NCBI GenBank assembly: GCA_965204285.1
Contig: OZ241980.1
Location: forward strand, 4,269,987 to 4,333,986
Reading direction: 5' to 3'
Source: Candidatus Poribacteria bacterium
GTDB lineage: Bacteria > Poribacteria > WGA-4E > WGA-3G
Length of the DNA: 64,000 bases
Shown: one piece after another, positions 1-9,085 of the stretch
Layout of the letters: every line of letters starts with the position of its first letter
How positions within the stretch are numbered: position 1 is the first letter of the stretch
Position numbers and translations under genes: made by a program
Notes under the pieces: generated by a model
Told to the model about the DNA's origin: nothing
The model's input: the letters and a program-made list of their open reading frames with translations, nothing else
Databases searched by the model: none

Positions 1-114
1 TTTAGAAATTAAGGTCCAAAGCGCAATGAATTGCGCGAGCACAAACAATACAACTTCACAGAAATGTCTTTTTTAAGCTTTACCAAAAATGACTCTGACA
101 CATAAAAAATGGTG

Positions 115-143
115 TTGACTCTTTTTGACATCTTTGTTACAAT
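115..143 (+). promoter_or_regulatory. sigma70-like promoter, TTGACT-17nt-TACAAT
   Basis: Seen in sequence: TTGACT (115-120), 17-nt spacer, TACAAT (138-143), about 115 nt upstream of the first CDS start. Confidence 0.4.
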
Positions 144-260
144 TTCTCTGGTCTTGATAGATTTTCACAATAACAGAGTGGAGTCTACCAAATCCTCTTA
201 TGTGCTGCTGTGTTACCTACCTCAACGCGCAGCATTACTATAATAAAAGAGACGAATAAA

Positions 261-1076
261 ATGAGAACGCAAAAGTTCAAACCTATCTTGATCGCAATCA
301 CCGCTATCGTATACCTTTTCCTTATTGTTCAAAATAGCGAGGCTATTCGGATTGTTGAGATGGACCCAAGCCATGGTACCGAAGTTTATTCTTCTGGGGG
401 TGTCAACTACCATACAGCTTATGTACGAACGACTGAAGGTTTAGACTCCGTAGAATGGTACGTTGGTGCTGAATTAGCACATACGAGTGTAATGACGAAT
501 GGTGAGACAGAAGCTTATTTCTCTCCCTACTGGTTAGGAGGCAATCTGCAAGGGATAGATTATACGATCACTGCCGTTGCAATTTCTGACGAGGATGAGG
601 ATGAGGATGGCGAACCGGATACGGACAGTCGTTCCTATGAGTTAAAGGTCTGGGAGTCTGTTGTGGTGCCGCTCGTTTCTAACCACACCAATACTTCTGG
701 ATACGTAGAAATTACCAAACTCTACTATGATTCGGGATCCGCCGTTTGCGATGGTAACATCTATGTGTATAATCTGAGTTCCGACGAAACGTATGATATA
801 GTAGACTGGGGTGGCCGCCTTTCATGCTATGCAACTAACGATGGCCAAGTCCTTGCACCCGATGAGAAAAAGCATATATGGGGAGGGACATTAGGTCCCG
901 GTGAAACTTTTAGTAAATCCATAGCTCTCTCCATGGATCTTGCCTCAAGAGGTGCAAATGATGGGACACAGTACACGATGCAAGCCGATTATTGGATAAA
1001 CTTATCAACCGGTGATGACAATGAGGTAGATGGTGTTAACGTTTCGGATACCCATGGTTTCACATATCACCCCTAA
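261..1076 (+). CDS. hypothetical secreted/anchored protein with acidic DEDEDEDGEPDTD linker
   Basis: ORF track 210..1076. ATG at 261 precedes a hydrophobic segment (ILIAITAIVYLFLIVQNSEA) that looks like a signal peptide or anchor. No recognisable catalytic motif. Confidence 0.5.
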   Translation: MRTQKFKPILIAITAIVYLFLIVQNSEAIRIVEMDPSHGTEVYSSGGVNYHTAYVRTTEGLDSVEWYVGAELAHTSVMTNGETEAYFSPYWLGGNLQGIDYTITAVAISDEDEDEDGEPDTDSRSYELKVWESVVVPLVSNHTNTSGYVEITKLYYDSGSAVCDGNIYVYNLSSDETYDIVDWGGRLSCYATNDGQVLAPDEKKHIWGGTLGPGETFSKSIALSMDLASRGANDGTQYTMQADYWINLSTGDDNEVDGVNVSDTHGFTYHP

Positions 1077-1089
1077 TAGGAGGTTACCA

Positions 1090-2091
1090 ATGATCAGAAA
1101 GTTGATAACCTACTGTCTGCTATTATGCTTTCCGAGTCTTGCTGCCGCCAAAATCGTGTTCATTTCAAATCGAGATGGTGGCAACAATATCTATATGATG
1201 GACGATGATGGCAGCAATGTCCAGAGACTCACCTTCACAGAGGCTCCGCAAGTCGATGGGGGACCTATTTGGTCCCCCGATGGCACACGCATTGCGTTTG
1301 AGAGAGATACAGATGCGGCTAAGCGTAAAACAAATCAAAAGTATGATATATTCCTGATGGATGCCGATGGCAGCAACGTGCAGCAGCTTACAGACGATCA
1401 CGCACTGGATGGCACAGGTACGTGGTCCCCGGATGGGCATCGTATTGCATTTACCAGCACCCGAAACAAGGGGTTTGATATCTATGTAATGGATATTTTA
1501 ACCCGAGAAGTTGAGCAACTGACGCACAACCCAGGGAATCGAGAATGGGCTAAGAGACCCTCCTGGTCGCCCAATGGCAAATATATTGCCTACGAACAGG
1601 CGATCAACGGAGGCTTTTTAAATGCGGGGACAACGATCTATATAATGAATGCAAACGGCAACGGGGCAAAAGAGCTTGTTCCCCCTCATAATGAGTGGTC
1701 ACGCGCGTCCCCCCGCTGGTCGCCCGATAGCAAATCTATTTTATACCACGAGTCACATTTCGCTTTAGTCGGGCAGATCACAAAGAAGGTTGCCAGCAAT
1801 GTTGTGATTCAGCGGCACGGTAGCAAAACACGGAGGATTTTAAATACTCCAAAAAATTGGTTAGTTAATAATGTGTGTTGGATGGATAACGGAAAACAGG
1901 TGCTGATTGCCGCGCGGGAAGGTATAGATGAGAAGAATGACATCTATCGGTATCACCTTGTTACCGGACAGATAACTAACCTTACAAACCATCCAGCATC
2001 TGACTACTCAATGGATTGGATCAGTGATGATGTGCTGTCTGTAACGCCACAAGGCAAAAAAACAGTCCAGTGGGGAGCACTTAAGAAGTAA
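1090..2091 (+). CDS. TolB-like PD40 (WD40-like) beta-propeller periplasmic protein
   Basis: Repeated W-SPDG/SPNG PD40 motifs (IWSPDGTRIAF, TWSPDGHRIAF, SWSPNGKYIAY, RWSPDSKSILY). Signal peptide (CLLLCFPSLAAA). ATG at 1090 preceded by TAGGAGG. Confidence 0.75.
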   Translation: MIRKLITYCLLLCFPSLAAAKIVFISNRDGGNNIYMMDDDGSNVQRLTFTEAPQVDGGPIWSPDGTRIAFERDTDAAKRKTNQKYDIFLMDADGSNVQQLTDDHALDGTGTWSPDGHRIAFTSTRNKGFDIYVMDILTREVEQLTHNPGNREWAKRPSWSPNGKYIAYEQAINGGFLNAGTTIYIMNANGNGAKELVPPHNEWSRASPRWSPDSKSILYHESHFALVGQITKKVASNVVIQRHGSKTRRILNTPKNWLVNNVCWMDNGKQVLIAAREGIDEKNDIYRYHLVTGQITNLTNHPASDYSMDWISDDVLSVTPQGKKTVQWGALKK

Positions 2092-2144
2092 ATTCACCAA
2101 TACCTAATGTGCATTTGGTGTTGATTTAGCAGATTGCATCAGAA

Positions 2145-2184
2145 GAGAGGCAAGTAACGGGACGGTTACCTGCCTCTCTTTTTT
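2145..2184 (+). terminator. Rho-independent terminator, 14-bp stem (1 mismatch) plus T6
   Basis: GAGAGGCAAGTAAC-gggacg-GTTACCTGCCTCTC followed by TTTTTTG, 54 nt after the TolB-like stop. Confidence 0.6.
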
Positions 2185-2281
2185 GTTATTGGTATTCTCT
2201 GCCTCAGTTTTATATCCCAATTTATTTGCCATTTTTTCATCTGTGTGGTATCCTATATCTTCAAGGAGGAATACGGAACCT

Positions 2282-3040
2282 GTGGCATCTATTAATGACA
2301 TCGCAAACGAATTTATCCGAGAAGAAATTGAAGAATACCTTGAACGTCCCGATGAGATTGAGTTTTTCATTGAGATGTTCACCCAAGCAACGCCCGAAAT
2401 GCAGGACATCGCCGCTGCACTGATTGATGGTGACCATCACACCGTTGATGAATTAACACAAGAATCACTCGCGGAAGGTACAGAAGCATTGGAAATTATG
2501 GACGACGGACTGATTTCAGGGATGGGTATCGTTGGCATTAAGTTTCGCGAGAACTTTATTTTTGTGCCCGAAGTGCTTGCATGCGCCCGTGCAATGAAAG
2601 CAGGCATGGCACATATTGAACCTATACTCTCCGATTCAGGAATTGAACCTGTCGGCACGGTGATTATGGGCACAGTCAAGGGGGACCTACACGACATTGG
2701 CAAAAACTTGTGTATCATGATGTTGCGAGGTGCAGGTTTTGTCGTCCACGATTTGGGCGTAGATACCTCCGAAGATGACTTTATAGAGGCAGTGGAAGAA
2801 TACGAAGCACCAATCTTAGGGATGTCCGCACTGCTAACGACAACAATGCCAAATATGGGCAAAACAATTGATGCTTTTATTGACGAAGACCTGCGTGAGG
2901 AAGTCAAAATTATGGTCGGCGGTGCTCCTGTTACACAAATATTCGCTGATGATATGGGGGCTGATGGATACGGTAAGGATGCCTTGGCGTGTGTTGCGCT
3001 CGCAAAACATTTTCTTGAGGCAGAAGATGAAGAATGGTAA
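2282..3040 (+). CDS. corrinoid (cobalamin-binding) protein, MtaC/MtmC/MtgC-like cognate corrinoid protein of a methyltransferase system
   Basis: B12-binding DxHxxG motif (GDLHDIGKN) and downstream S-x-L / GG elements (MSALLTT, MVGGAPV). B12-binding N-terminal cap-like helical region. Likely GTG start at 2282, 7 nt after AAGGAGGA. The ORF-track 2183 start would add a hydrophobic leader that I judge spurious. Confidence 0.7.
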   Translation: MASINDIANEFIREEIEEYLERPDEIEFFIEMFTQATPEMQDIAAALIDGDHHTVDELTQESLAEGTEALEIMDDGLISGMGIVGIKFRENFIFVPEVLACARAMKAGMAHIEPILSDSGIEPVGTVIMGTVKGDLHDIGKNLCIMMLRGAGFVVHDLGVDTSEDDFIEAVEEYEAPILGMSALLTTTMPNMGKTIDAFIDEDLREEVKIMVGGAPVTQIFADDMGADGYGKDALACVALAKHFLEAEDEEW

Positions 3041-3064
3041 AACCGTGTCAGGTATTTTTTGTAG

Positions 3065-4963
3065 ATGAAAAAAATAGACAAAACAGAATACGAAAAACGA
3101 CTGAATAAAATTACAGAGATTTTTGAAGAACTCGTTGTCCACGCTGACGAACAGTCAAGCTACCGTTGCCCTTACAAAAATCGCTTTGACCACTGCACGG
3201 CAAAATTCGGCTGCCGAAACCAACGTAAAATTGATGAAGGCACGGGACTCCTATGCGTAGGAGATGACAAGTTAGATTATCGCAGTGCATGGGAAATCGA
3301 CCCAAACGACGAGACAGGCCAGCCACACCAGAAAGCGAAAGGCACAATCACTTGTAAAGGTAAAACATATCAACTCTCCCCCGGAAAAACCGTCTTTGAC
3401 TATGCAGATGATTTAGCCGTACAAGTTCCTACCTCGTGCTTCCGAACAGGGCAATGCCACGAATGTATCGTTGAGATCAAACAAGGTATGGACAGCCTTC
3501 GTCCACCCAACGAGGCAGAGGCATTTCTCCGAGACAACTATCGACTCGCCTGCCAAGCCGTTGTCCTGAACGTAGATGAGCATATTGAATTCACACCGCT
3601 ACGGCGCACGCCAAAAATTCTGACACATATCGGCACAGAAAACGACACACCCCTATCTCTGAATCCGTTGGTCACACATCGCGATGGAATTGTCTATTAC
3701 GACAACGAACCCGTTGATAGATTTCGGGGGCACATCTATGGACTTGCATTAGACATTGGCACGACGACTGTGGTAGCGAATCTCGTGGATTTAGAAAGCG
3801 GCGAAACTGTCTCTGTAAGTTCATTTGAAAATCCACAACGTTTCGGTGGAAGTGACATCATGCACCGAATTTCTTATGATGGTGAGTTTGAGGGTGAATT
3901 ACGTAAATCGCTGATAGCAGCATTGAATAGTCAAATCATGGAGATGTGTGAAAGACACAACTTTGTTCGTCAGGAAATTTATGAGATCGTTGTAGCAGGT
4001 AATACAACCATGCGCGACATCTTTTTTAGACAAGATGTCCAAAGCATTGGGCAGAAACCGTATAAATCCGTCATTGAGTATGAATATCGTGACGGTATCC
4101 GTTCAACGACATCACTGACCGAGAAATCTCGTAGACTCGGTATTCGTTCCAATCCGAAAGCGATGGTCCATAGTTTACCGTTGATTGCAAGCCACGTTGG
4201 AGCAGATGTTGCAGCAGATTTAGTTGCAGTTGACATGCAATCACAAGACGAAGTTATTATGCTGGTTGATGTTGGCACAAATACTGAGGTCGTTGTTGGC
4301 AATGCAAAGCGGATGGTTGCGGCCTCGTGTCCAGCCGGTCCTGCGTTTGAAGGCGGTGGCATAGAATATGGGATGCCTGCTTACCCGGGGGCAATTGAAT
4401 CGGTGAAATGGGTTGACGGTGAGATTGGCTACGAGACGATTGGTAAAGAAATACCGCAAGGCTTATGCGGTTCGGGGCTAATTTCCCTACTTGCTGAACT
4501 TCGCCGCCACAATCAGATGAGCGCAAAAGGCGTTTTTGCTGATAGAAAACAGCGGATAATGCCGCTTTTACCTGAACACGGTATTACCTTCTCACGCGAT
4601 GACGCAAGCAACTTAGCACAAGCAAAGGCAGCAAACTATTGTGGGCAATACATTGTTCTCCGCCATTTCGGTTGTTCTCCGCAAGACATCACTAAACTCT
4701 ATTTAGCAGGCGGTTTTGCCAACTATGTTAACGTACAAGATGCCATTGACATCGGTTTTCTTGCACCTGTCCCTCAAGATCGGATTGTCAAAATTGGGAA
4801 CGCAGCAGTAGGTGGTGCAAAAGCAGTCTTACTTTCAAGAGAAAAACGGGCGGAGATTGAAAAATTCGTCCAAAACATTGAACATATTGAACTTGAAACA
4901 ACCCCTGATTTCTTTGAGATATTTGTTGATGGGTGTCAATTCAAGCCGATGTCTATGGAATAA
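3065..4963 (+). CDS. RACo/RamA-like ATP-dependent reductive activator of corrinoid proteins (COG3894-type): N-terminal [2Fe-2S] ferredoxin plus ASKHA ATPase
   Basis: Plant-type ferredoxin Cys pattern CFRTGQCHEC...LACQAVV. An extra N-terminal Cys cluster (CPYKNRFDHCTAKFGC). ASKHA phosphate motif (LALDIGTTTV). Confidence 0.65.
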   Translation: MKKIDKTEYEKRLNKITEIFEELVVHADEQSSYRCPYKNRFDHCTAKFGCRNQRKIDEGTGLLCVGDDKLDYRSAWEIDPNDETGQPHQKAKGTITCKGKTYQLSPGKTVFDYADDLAVQVPTSCFRTGQCHECIVEIKQGMDSLRPPNEAEAFLRDNYRLACQAVVLNVDEHIEFTPLRRTPKILTHIGTENDTPLSLNPLVTHRDGIVYYDNEPVDRFRGHIYGLALDIGTTTVVANLVDLESGETVSVSSFENPQRFGGSDIMHRISYDGEFEGELRKSLIAALNSQIMEMCERHNFVRQEIYEIVVAGNTTMRDIFFRQDVQSIGQKPYKSVIEYEYRDGIRSTTSLTEKSRRLGIRSNPKAMVHSLPLIASHVGADVAADLVAVDMQSQDEVIMLVDVGTNTEVVVGNAKRMVAASCPAGPAFEGGGIEYGMPAYPGAIESVKWVDGEIGYETIGKEIPQGLCGSGLISLLAELRRHNQMSAKGVFADRKQRIMPLLPEHGITFSRDDASNLAQAKAANYCGQYIVLRHFGCSPQDITKLYLAGGFANYVNVQDAIDIGFLAPVPQDRIVKIGNAAVGGAKAVLLSREKRAEIEKFVQNIEHIELETTPDFFEIFVDGCQFKPMSME

Positions 4964-4991
4964 AAAAGACGTAAGGAGAAAAGACACAAGC

Positions 4992-5993
4992 GTGGAAACT
5001 TTTCGTGAACGTATAAAATCTGATAAACCGATACTATATGATGGCGGATTTGGATCGCAGCTTTTTGCTCGTGATATTGAACTCGCCAACAGTGCACTTG
5101 CTAACGAATCTCATCCTGATGATATTGTAGGTATCCATTTAGATTATATCAGTGCTGGTGCTGAGGCAATCGGCACAAATACATTTGTCGTGTCCCCTCT
5201 TCACCTGGAAATGGCAGGACAGGATAAATCAGATGCGCAACGACTCACACGACTTGGCGTGGAGCATGCAAAGCGTGCAGTTGGGGCAAGTGATAAACAA
5301 ATATACATTGCCGGTTCTGTTGGACCATCGCCAGGTGCTATTGAAGCAGATAGTGGCGATACAACTTTCGGTATTCCAAATGCTGACGTTAGGGAAGCAC
5401 ATAAACTGGTAATCTATACGCTTGCAGAAGAAGGTGTTGATTTTCTCTGTCTTGAGACAATGTTTTCTGCGAAAGAAGCCGCTATCGCTGTTGATATTGC
5501 CCGCGAGACAGACCTACCGATAGCGGTGAATATGACATACAAATGGACGAAAGAACGCAGCACAGGCAAAGAGATTTATAAAACCGACTGGGGACATTCT
5601 GCTGCCGACTTACTCCAAATGCTTGCCAGCGGTGAATTTTCGGGAGGGGACTCACTTTTAGATTATGTTAATATTATCGGTCTAAACTGCGGCGCAGAAT
5701 CAAAGCGAACGGAACATTCGGGCATGCCGTACGCCATCACTGGTACCGAGCAACTCCATGCCGCATTATCAGAAATAGGTATCAACGGCAAACGCATGAT
5801 GGCATATCCAAACGCTGGAATGCCCGAACTTGATGAAAATTATGAAACTGTCTATACACAAACATCAACAGAGATGGCTGGTCATATCCCCGCACTCATT
5901 GAAGCAGGTGCATACATAATCGGGGGTTGTTGTGGCACTACGCCTTCACATATAAAGGCTTTCCGTGAGGCAATTGATGCGAACGCGCGTTAA
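4992..5993 (+). CDS. homocysteine/thiol S-methyltransferase-domain protein (Pfam S-methyl_trans; MetH N-terminal-module-like, zinc-dependent)
   Basis: YDGGFGSQL, ISAGAEAIGTNTF, IGLNCG and C-terminal GGCCGTTP (the Zn Cys triad arrangement of MetH/BHMT). Start placed at GTG 4992 after TAAGGAGAA. The ORF-track start 4812 overlaps the previous gene by 150 nt. Confidence 0.65.
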   Translation: METFRERIKSDKPILYDGGFGSQLFARDIELANSALANESHPDDIVGIHLDYISAGAEAIGTNTFVVSPLHLEMAGQDKSDAQRLTRLGVEHAKRAVGASDKQIYIAGSVGPSPGAIEADSGDTTFGIPNADVREAHKLVIYTLAEEGVDFLCLETMFSAKEAAIAVDIARETDLPIAVNMTYKWTKERSTGKEIYKTDWGHSAADLLQMLASGEFSGGDSLLDYVNIIGLNCGAESKRTEHSGMPYAITGTEQLHAALSEIGINGKRMMAYPNAGMPELDENYETVYTQTSTEMAGHIPALIEAGAYIIGGCCGTTPSHIKAFREAIDANAR

Positions 5994-6597
5994 AATTTGT
6001 GGCATAATCAATCTTACAGATGCAGAAATAGCAATAGCAGCAGGTGCAGATGCCCTCGGATTTATTTTTGTGCCGGAAACGCCACGTTACATAAAACCCA
6101 CCGATGCAGCTGAAATCATCCGCGCGTTACCTCCGTTTATTACAACAGTTGGCGTTTTCAGGAATGTTGAACACGAAGTCATTGAGGGTATTGCTATGCA
6201 AACCAGTATCACATCTATTCAATTACATGGCGGAGAATCACCAGAATTTTGCACACAAATATCACTACCTGTCGTTAAGGTATTTGAACTACAAAACGAA
6301 AGAGATTTACAAACCTTAAACGATTATAACGTGAGTGCATATCTCGTAGATAAACCAAAATTCATCTCAGGTGGGACGATCAATTTGGAATTAGCACTGA
6401 AGGCGCGACATCAAACAAAAAGGTTGATCCTTGCTGGCGGTTTAAACCCAGAAAATGTCGCTAAAGCGATCAAATATGTTAAGCCGTATGCTGTTGATGT
6501 TGCCAGTGGCGTTGAATCGGAAAAACGTAGCAAAGACCCAAGAAAAATTAAGGCGTTCATCGGAGCGGTTAGACGAGCTGATGAAGTAAGAACGTAA
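5977..6597 (+). CDS. trpF: N-(5'-phosphoribosyl)anthranilate isomerase
   Basis: VKICGI...AGADALGFIFVPETPRYI, typical TrpF N-terminus; about 205 aa. Overlaps the end of the upstream methyltransferase gene (stop 5991-5993). Confidence 0.7.
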   Translation: MRTRVKICGIINLTDAEIAIAAGADALGFIFVPETPRYIKPTDAAEIIRALPPFITTVGVFRNVEHEVIEGIAMQTSITSIQLHGGESPEFCTQISLPVVKVFELQNERDLQTLNDYNVSAYLVDKPKFISGGTINLELALKARHQTKRLILAGGLNPENVAKAIKYVKPYAVDVASGVESEKRSKDPRKIKAFIGAVRRADEVRT

Positions 6598-6599
6598 AG

Positions 6600-7097
6600 A
6601 TGCAAACAATAACCTTAACCTATAAAAGACTGCCGAATCGGGTTAATTATTTCAAACAGCAACTGCTTTATGAAGACGAAAGGGTTATTGTCACATCTCA
6701 ACGCGTAAAACCATCCTCTCCAATCATTTTAAACGGTGAAACAGTTTTAGATGATAATTACACTGCAATCTGGTTTGTGTTTACAGGATTGTGGTACGAC
6801 ATCGGTAAAATCTATAATCTTAAGGATGAATGGACAGGATATTATTGCGATATTATGAAACCCGTTAAGCGGAGTCCAGATCAATTCGAAATTGTTGACC
6901 TATTTCTTGATTTGTGGGTAACCCCCAATGGTAATTATGAAATCCAAGATGAAGATGAGTTTGAAACCGCCCTTGAAGAGGGTATTATAAGCACTGAATT
7001 AGCAGAAAAAGCGAGGCATGCGTTAGACGACTTAATCAGTGAAGTCGTGTCAGGAAAATTTCCGCCCGAATTTGTGAAAAATTTTGGAGCTCAATAA
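6600..7097 (+). CDS. DUF402 (FomD/Ntdp-like nucleoside-diphosphatase fold) protein
   Basis: Family-like YxD..KP...W.DLxLD pattern (YCDIMKPV...DLFLDLWVTPNG). Call from memory of the family. Confidence 0.4.
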   Translation: MQTITLTYKRLPNRVNYFKQQLLYEDERVIVTSQRVKPSSPIILNGETVLDDNYTAIWFVFTGLWYDIGKIYNLKDEWTGYYCDIMKPVKRSPDQFEIVDLFLDLWVTPNGNYEIQDEDEFETALEEGIISTELAEKARHALDDLISEVVSGKFPPEFVKNFGAQ

Positions 7098-7114
7098 ACA
7101 ATTGGAGACTTCAC

Positions 7115-8323
7115 ATGTCTATTTTAGCAACCAATGGCGGTGAACCGATCCGCACCAAACCTTATCCTACATGGCCTACCCTTGATCCTGCCGACACAGA
7201 AGCATTTGAAAGTATCTACAACAGCAGGCAATGGGGTGTTGGCGGGACAAAAGTGCCTGAATTTGCGAAACAATTTGCTGAATTCCAAGGCGCAAACTAT
7301 GGTGTTTGTGTAAATAGCGGCACCACAGCACTCTATATTGCTTTAAAAGCGGCGGAGGTAGGTCCAGGCGATGAAGTAATTACTACTCCGTATACATTTC
7401 AGGCTACCATCGTTGCCATCCTGATGACACATGCAGTGCCTGTTTTTGTAGACACTGCACCCGACAGTTTTCTGTTGGATATTTCCAAAGTGGAAGATGC
7501 CATCACAGAAAAGACGAAAGCGATCCTACCTGTTCATATTGCCGGTTATCCTGCTGATCTTGACGCGCTCGTAGATATTGGCAATCGACATAATCTAAGG
7601 ATTATTGAGGACTGCGCGCAGGCGCACGGTGCTGAATGGCGTGGCAGAGGTGTTGGGAGTTGGGGAGATTTCGGATGTTTCAGTTTCCAATCATCAAAAA
7701 ACCTATGTGCTGGCGAGGGCGGAATCGTTTTGATGAATGATAGAGAACTCTATGAACGCGCCTGGGCACTCCACAACTGTGGACGCACACCACCTGATGC
7801 AGAATCCGGCAATATAGAACCGTTTGGCGGAAATTTCAGAATGACAGAATGGCAGGCGGGACTCCTCCTCTCACGCTTAACACGACTTGAGGCTGAAACT
7901 AACCACAGACACATGAATATGCGCTGGTTAGACGGTTGGTTCGGTGAAATTCCGGGTATCAAGGTAACACCGCTTGATCCGCGTGCAACGAGATGCGGTT
8001 CTCACGGCTACAAGACGATTTTCGATTCAGAAGAGTTTGAAGATATATCGCGTAGCACGTTTATCAGCGCGATGCGCGCAGAAGGCATTCCTATCGGATA
8101 TTGGTACAGCACGCCGATGTATCGTGCCTCGTTTCTTTCCTCTAATCTTTTTGGCAGTGACCTTGATTTTTCAGATGTTCACTGTGCCGAAACCGAAAAA
8201 ATTTGTCAATCAGGACTTGCCTTTGGTCAAAATGTTTTAATGGGAACAGAGGAAGATATGGAAGACATTATTAAGGCGGCAATAAAAATCAGACGTAATG
8301 TGGGCGAATTAAAGAAAGGTTGA
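7115..8323 (+). CDS. DegT/DnrJ/EryC1/StrS-family PLP-dependent sugar aminotransferase
   Basis: GTTALYIALKA, DCAQAHGAEW, catalytic-Lys motif FQSSKNLCAGEGG. Confidence 0.8.
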   Translation: MSILATNGGEPIRTKPYPTWPTLDPADTEAFESIYNSRQWGVGGTKVPEFAKQFAEFQGANYGVCVNSGTTALYIALKAAEVGPGDEVITTPYTFQATIVAILMTHAVPVFVDTAPDSFLLDISKVEDAITEKTKAILPVHIAGYPADLDALVDIGNRHNLRIIEDCAQAHGAEWRGRGVGSWGDFGCFSFQSSKNLCAGEGGIVLMNDRELYERAWALHNCGRTPPDAESGNIEPFGGNFRMTEWQAGLLLSRLTRLEAETNHRHMNMRWLDGWFGEIPGIKVTPLDPRATRCGSHGYKTIFDSEEFEDISRSTFISAMRAEGIPIGYWYSTPMYRASFLSSNLFGSDLDFSDVHCAETEKICQSGLAFGQNVLMGTEEDMEDIIKAAIKIRRNVGELKKG

Positions 8324-8453
8324 TAATTACACGCTGTATAGCAAATAGTGGAGATTAACCACGAAAAATTGTATTTTTTTACAATTTTACTATCCTTTTT
8401 ATATCTCAAGGACTCTATAGTGTCAAAAGCATCTATGATAAGGAGATTTTAAA

Positions 8454-9020
8454 ATGAGTAATGAACGTGAAACCCAAAAGGAAGTCCGCAGAATTGTCCG
8501 AATGTTAGAAGCAACAACAAGACATCTTGAAAAAGCTTCTATATTAGACGGTTTGTCCAGTGGAGAAGCAAGGTGCATCCGACAATTCAACAATGCCCTG
8601 GCACGATTATATGATTTAGAGGCATTGCCTGAAGGATTGTTCGATCCCTTAGACGAGGATGCGTCTGTCGGGGATATTGGTCAGGCATATCATCAAGTTG
8701 CCACGTATCTCAAAGAAGCCACAAGTTTTGATTTCGATTTTGATTTTAAGAAAGAGAAGGAAACGATCGGCAACGTGATGAAAGATGTTGGCGAAGTTGT
8801 AACTCGTTCTATCTTCAGTATGAGGGAAACGGATTCGGAGGATGATGAATCATCAGGATCAGCGACGGTGGAAGTTGTTGAAGTAGAGGATGATGAGAAA
8901 CCGGATCCCGTTGAACCACGGCTGGACAAATTAGAGGAACAGATGGAAACTGTTGTCGAGATTCTTCAGGAACTCCGATCCAAAAAGAATAAAAAGGATG
9001 AGAAGGGTGAGAAAAAGTAG
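8454..9020 (+). CDS. hypothetical acidic coiled-coil protein
   Basis: ATG preceded by AAGGAG. FDFDFDF and a D/E-rich C-terminus. No known motif. Confidence 0.5.
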   Translation: MSNERETQKEVRRIVRMLEATTRHLEKASILDGLSSGEARCIRQFNNALARLYDLEALPEGLFDPLDEDASVGDIGQAYHQVATYLKEATSFDFDFDFKKEKETIGNVMKDVGEVVTRSIFSMRETDSEDDESSGSATVEVVEVEDDEKPDPVEPRLDKLEEQMETVVEILQELRSKKNKKDEKGEKK

Positions 9021-9085
9021 AGTGAACGCCATTCGCGCGTGATGAAGTAAAACAAAGGATCCCTTCAATCTTATAGGAGGATACT

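Noticed and set aside
2185-2281. Cobalamin riboswitch upstream of the corrinoid-protein gene
   Set aside because: The leader is only about 100 nt after the terminator, and I could not find a B12-box (GCCACTG-like) or the expected paired elements. Not supported.
2437-3142. Minus-strand ORFs (214 aa, 102 aa) overlapping the corrinoid-protein gene
   Set aside because: The plus-strand frame carries an unmistakable B12-binding DxHxxG domain. The antisense ORFs are low-complexity and spurious.
4812-4991. ORF-track start of the methyltransferase gene at 4812, a 150-nt overlap with the activase gene
   Set aside because: The N-terminal extension has no homology sense. GTG at 4992 is preceded by TAAGGAGAA and begins exactly at the conserved ...ILDGG(F/M)G... 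region, so 4992 is preferred.
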